Below are positions 60,789 through 64,000 of a stretch of 64,000 nucleotides of DNA, one piece after another. The notes below the pieces were generated by a model. That model made no database searches and was not told the origin of the DNA. It saw nothing but the letters and a program-made list of their open reading frames with translations. Origin of the DNA: an uncultured delta proteobacterium (lineage in GTDB: Bacteria > Desulfobacterota > Desulfomonilia > UBA1062); assembly GCA_963798485.1 (NCBI GenBank), contig CAWCTR010000007.1, positions 32,001 to 96,000 of the forward strand, written 5' to 3'. A program made the position numbers and the translations under genes. How positions within the stretch are numbered: position 1 is the stretch's first letter; each line of letters begins with the position of its first letter.

Positions 60789-60833
60789 AAAAGGGGACGT
60801 TTCGAAATAAAAGGCGAAAAAAGGGGACGTTTC
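60789..60833. repeat. 15-bp direct repeat (AAAAGGGGACGTTTC x2, 30-bp period)
   Basis: exact copies at 60789-60803 and 60819-60833, with GAAATAAAA motifs nearby. Confidence 0.85.
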
Positions 60834-61062
60834 TATTATTGATTCTTAGTTTTAACCACCATCTAACCCCGATGATTGAAGGGATTTTCAGGAGAAACAA
60901 ATATATCGACAGCCCACCTTTACTTATGCAATTTGGCACTGATATGGATGTACCCGGATTATGCAGATTACTGATATGAGTGCCAGCTTGACTTATCATG
61001 ATCTGACAGTTAACACATAATAATCCTTTAAGAGTTATATCCACCCATGAAGGAGCCAGATT

Positions 61063-61647
61063 ATGCGACATCCTGTATACGCACACCCTATGATCATTCT
61101 CATGTGCCTTTTCCTGGTACTCGGGTGCTCGAAGAAAGAAGAGCCCATCCAGACACCGGCGCCGCCACAGCAGGCTGTTACTACGCCCAAGGATGCTGCC
61201 CAAAAATCCCAACTCGACAAGGCCATGTTGATCCATAAGGATTTTGTTAAGGCCTTTTCCGAAACACTGGGCAAAGAAGACACATCGGACACGCTCCGAT
61301 CCAGGATAGACCTGGTCGACAAGACCCGCATTGCCTGCATGATGCTCAGGGCGGATATTCATGACCCGGTGGCTGCGGACTTTCTCATCAGATTCTCAGA
61401 CGGCCTCCAGAAATATCTGGATCTCGCGAATAAGCACCTTGCCACCCTTGAAGAGGCAGCCGGCCAATATGCTTCCGGCAAGGAATCCGAAGCAAACCTG
61501 TCCAAGGTACCCGAGAAAGAGAAGGAAGAGGCCACAGCGAGGCTCAATTCTCTCATAACGAAGCATAACGAACTCGTGCAGGGTCCTTTGAAGAAGGAAC
61601 AGGACGATCTCAACAGCCTGGGATATGAGCTGTTGAGATTCAAGTAG
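61063..61647 (+). CDS. helical lipoprotein of unknown function
   Basis: aaggag RBS; lipobox LVLGC followed by a low-complexity linker. Confidence 0.75.
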   Translation: MRHPVYAHPMIILMCLFLVLGCSKKEEPIQTPAPPQQAVTTPKDAAQKSQLDKAMLIHKDFVKAFSETLGKEDTSDTLRSRIDLVDKTRIACMMLRADIHDPVAADFLIRFSDGLQKYLDLANKHLATLEEAAGQYASGKESEANLSKVPEKEKEEATARLNSLITKHNELVQGPLKKEQDDLNSLGYELLRFK

Positions 61648-61656
61648 CGGATACTT

Positions 61657-61872
61657 TTATACGCTCTTCTTCTTGCCCAGCAAAAACCCGAACGCCAGCC
61701 CGATGAGGAAGGTGCCCGAGACCACGATCCACTTGGGTGCGGTGAAAAGCGTCCAGATGAGGAACTGGAAGGAGGTCTGCTCGAAGTTCTGGAGGATGAA
61801 GATAAAGCCTAACACTACGCCAATGCCGATAAAGATGAGCTTGGAATTTTCCCCGAGAGCCTTCAAACCCAT
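61657..61872 (-). CDS. LapA-domain small membrane protein
   Basis: IFILQN...FQFLIW...P..IVV...FLIGLAFGFLL. Confidence 0.75.
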   Translation of the reverse strand: MGLKALGENSKLIFIGIGVVLGFIFILQNFEQTSFQFLIWTLFTAPKWIVVSGTFLIGLAFGFLLGKKKSV

Positions 61873-61964
61873 TCAATCACCCCACAAAGAATACGACTTT
61901 GGGAAATATGGCACGCTCAGAGGCGATGTGTCAACATTCATGTAGAGGTATGAAAGATTACCTC

Positions 61965-62035
61965 TTGACAAGCAACGGTTGTTGAATATATAAAGTAACA
62001 ATCCGACCAGTCGGTTTATAGACCACTTGGTCGGT
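61965..62035 (+). promoter_or_regulatory. sigma70 promoter followed by palindromic TetR-type operators
   Basis: TTGACA 61965-61970, TATAAA 61989-61994; CCGAC-CA-GTCGG 62003-62014; GACCA-CT-TGGTC 62021-62032. Confidence 0.65.
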
Positions 62036-62162
62036 ACTAGGTTGATTGTCATACTGAGCTAAGTCTTTTGCATCACGAAATCCATCCATACGGATGATGC
62101 CGCATCCGCTCTGAAAGAACACCGGGCTTAACCCCTAAATGAACCTTTCGGGAGGTTTATAG

Positions 62163-62819
62163 ATGCCGCCGAATGCGGAGCTCGAAGCGATTCGTAAGGC
62201 CCAGATCATCGATGCCGCCTTGCAGACCATTACCGCAAGAGGGTGTGCAAATGTCACCATGGACGACATCTGCAAGACAGCCGGCCTTTCCAAGGGAGGT
62301 CTCGCCCACTATTACAAATCCAAAAACGACCTCTTCAAGGCCGCGTTCCAGGAATTCTTCCAACGCATCTTCGTTAGGGGCGATGAAACCATGTCTACCT
62401 TCGATGACCCCCTGGCGCAGGTCCTTTCCTTTGAATGGCTCTACAATGCCGAAGACCCTGATGTCGATACCGGATATCCCATCCTTTATGACTTCATGTC
62501 CATTGCCGTACACGACCAGGAATACCGGGAGATCTTCAGCGACTGGATCAACAACTGGGTCAAGCTCCTGAAAAAGGCCATCCTCCAGGGCCAGGCCCAG
62601 GGACGGTATATGAATGTGGATGCCGAGTCTGCAGCACGCACCATATCGGCCATCTACCAGGGGATAGCCACCCGCTGGTACCTTGCCCGCGGTGAGCATC
62701 CCACCACATGGGCCGTCGATAGTCTCAGGAGGTCCGTCAAAGGACTCCTGGATTCATATGAAGGCCCAATCACACAGGAAAGGAGGAAGGCAAAGACAAT
62801 AAAAAAATTGCGGAAATAA
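62163..62819 (+). CDS. TetR-family regulator (BetI-like C-terminus)
   Basis: RKAQIIDAALQTI...TMDDICKTAGLSKGGLAHYYKSKNDL; ggaggt RBS. Confidence 0.93.
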   Translation: MPPNAELEAIRKAQIIDAALQTITARGCANVTMDDICKTAGLSKGGLAHYYKSKNDLFKAAFQEFFQRIFVRGDETMSTFDDPLAQVLSFEWLYNAEDPDVDTGYPILYDFMSIAVHDQEYREIFSDWINNWVKLLKKAILQGQAQGRYMNVDAESAARTISAIYQGIATRWYLARGEHPTTWAVDSLRRSVKGLLDSYEGPITQERRKAKTIKKLRK

Positions 62820-62937
62820 CAAGAGTGGAATGCACAATGCCATCTGATTGGTTTTGTGAGCTTGTACTCACGACTTTAACTACATTGGATTTTGGCGATT
62901 TTTTGCCCCACCCATATACGACAAAAAGGAGGATTCT

Positions 62938-63336
62938 ATGGCAGTATTTGAAAGCACGGACAAGATGTATGAGGTTCTGGGCGGTCTCTTCAATCTCCTC
63001 ATGGAAGATAAGGCCCTTTATGACAAGTACATTGAATCGAACATCGTCATCAAGTTCACTATCAGCGACCCTGAAGGCTCCATCTGGCTCACCAACGACG
63101 GCAAGGTCATCTGCGGACCGGCAGAGTACAAGCCCACCATTGAGATGACGCTCAGCGGGGATACCTGCCACAAGTTCTGGCTCAAGGAAGTAAGCCTGCC
63201 TGTGGCGCTCGCCAAGGGGCTCATCAAGGCCAGGGGTCCCATGCCCAAGGTGCTCAAGCTCCTGCCCCTCTTAAAGCCTGCATACGCGAATTACCCGGCC
63301 ATTGCCAAGAAACACAATCTCCCCATTGCGGGCTGA
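62938..63336 (+). CDS. SCP2 sterol/lipid-binding domain protein
   Basis: aggagg RBS; HKFWL..VSLPVALAKGLIKARGP..KVLKL is SCP2-like. Confidence 0.8.
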   Translation: MAVFESTDKMYEVLGGLFNLLMEDKALYDKYIESNIVIKFTISDPEGSIWLTNDGKVICGPAEYKPTIEMTLSGDTCHKFWLKEVSLPVALAKGLIKARGPMPKVLKLLPLLKPAYANYPAIAKKHNLPIAG

Positions 63337-63370
63337 TGCATGCCTTTGACTTTGAGAAGGAGGATACACT

Positions 63371-64000
63371 ATGAGCATTGAGAGAACCCTCAAACAATTC
63401 GAGGAGGACCGCAAGGATGCGGTGCACCTGGCAGCCAGGCTGCTCCTGGCATCGGCGGTTACCTCGCCGCGTGTAGGCGGCGTGGGCGAGTGCACGGTCC
63501 ATATCGTGGATGACGAGTGCGACATCGAGGATCTCTGCCAGGCCATCGAGGAAATCAGCAAAGAGAACAAGTCCTGGGAATTCTTCATGCGGGATGCAGC
63601 CATGCTCCGTGATGCCGATGCAGTGCTGGTGGTGACCTCTCTGCGGAGCCTCACCGACCCGTCCGATATCAATTGTAATCTGTGCGGGAAGCTCACCTGC
63701 GAGTATTTGCGCAAGGAGGACAAGCTCCCTGCCGAGCCCGGTATTGCCTTCACAGGGCCGCTGTGCACGTTCAGGGCCATGAACATCTCATACGCCATCG
63801 ACGGCATCGTGTCGCTGGCACGCAACTTAGGGATCGATTACGGGGTGTACTGGTCGGCAGGGGTTGCAGCCATGAGGATGGGAATCCTGCCCAAGGCCAC
63901 GGGGTTCGCACTGGCCGTGGCCATCTCGGTAACGGAGAAGAGCCCCTTCAGGGACATCCCCGTCAAGTACAGCGAGATCAACGAGCGGACCATGAACGAC
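63371..64000 (+). CDS. DUF2148-like Fe-S protein (runs off window; absent from the ORF track)
   Basis: hand translation from ATG 63371 (aggagg RBS): AARLLLASAVTSPRVGG...FMRDA...NCNLCGKLTC...FTGPLC...SAGVAA...SVTEKSPFRD. Confidence 0.75.
   Translation, partial: MSIERTLKQFEEDRKDAVHLAARLLLASAVTSPRVGGVGECTVHIVDDECDIEDLCQAIEEISKENKSWEFFMRDAAMLRDADAVLVVTSLRSLTDPSDINCNLCGKLTCEYLRKEDKLPAEPGIAFTGPLCTFRAMNISYAIDGIVSLARNLGIDYGVYWSAGVAAMRMGILPKATGFALAVAISVTEKSPFRDIPVKYSEINERTMND

Noticed and set aside
60769-60845. CRISPR array
   Set aside because: There are only two 15-bp copies with a 15-bp gap, too short for a repeat-spacer array, and no cas genes are present.

Overview
Positions 1 to ~59,663 are GC-rich core chromosome that looks like a member of the Acidobacteriota (Terriglobia-like; inferred from gene content and style). 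It carries purA, a DUF3300 gene, an ECF sigma/anti-sigma locus, a GH29 fucosidase, a larA-like gene, folP, dacB, lipA, frr, PadR, gcvT, aspS/hisS, an ABC/TetR operon, rpsU, purD, miaA, lpdA, thrS, a csp gene, galK, two convergent alpha-glucan phosphorylases and an mdtABC-type RND operon. Many genes, including essential ones, are broken by single-base frameshifts, which most likely reflect uncorrected sequencing error rather than biology. At ~59,664 there is a sharp mid-gene junction: an NAD(P)-dependent epimerase is cut off and continues in frame into much more AT-rich DNA of apparently different origin. That DNA holds a probable kinase C-terminal region with a DUF3775-like tail, a lipoprotein, a LapA-domain protein, and a TetR-SCP2-DUF2148 cluster. 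I saw no CRISPR array, tRNA, rRNA, integrase or transposase. The best candidate for an undescribed system is an intact 886-aa glucan phosphorylase fused to an N-terminal GAF domain closely resembling the nitrogen-sensing GAF of PtsP (EI-Ntr). It lies tail-to-tail with a second, GAF-less phosphorylase. All family calls come from motif recognition by eye; no database searches were run.
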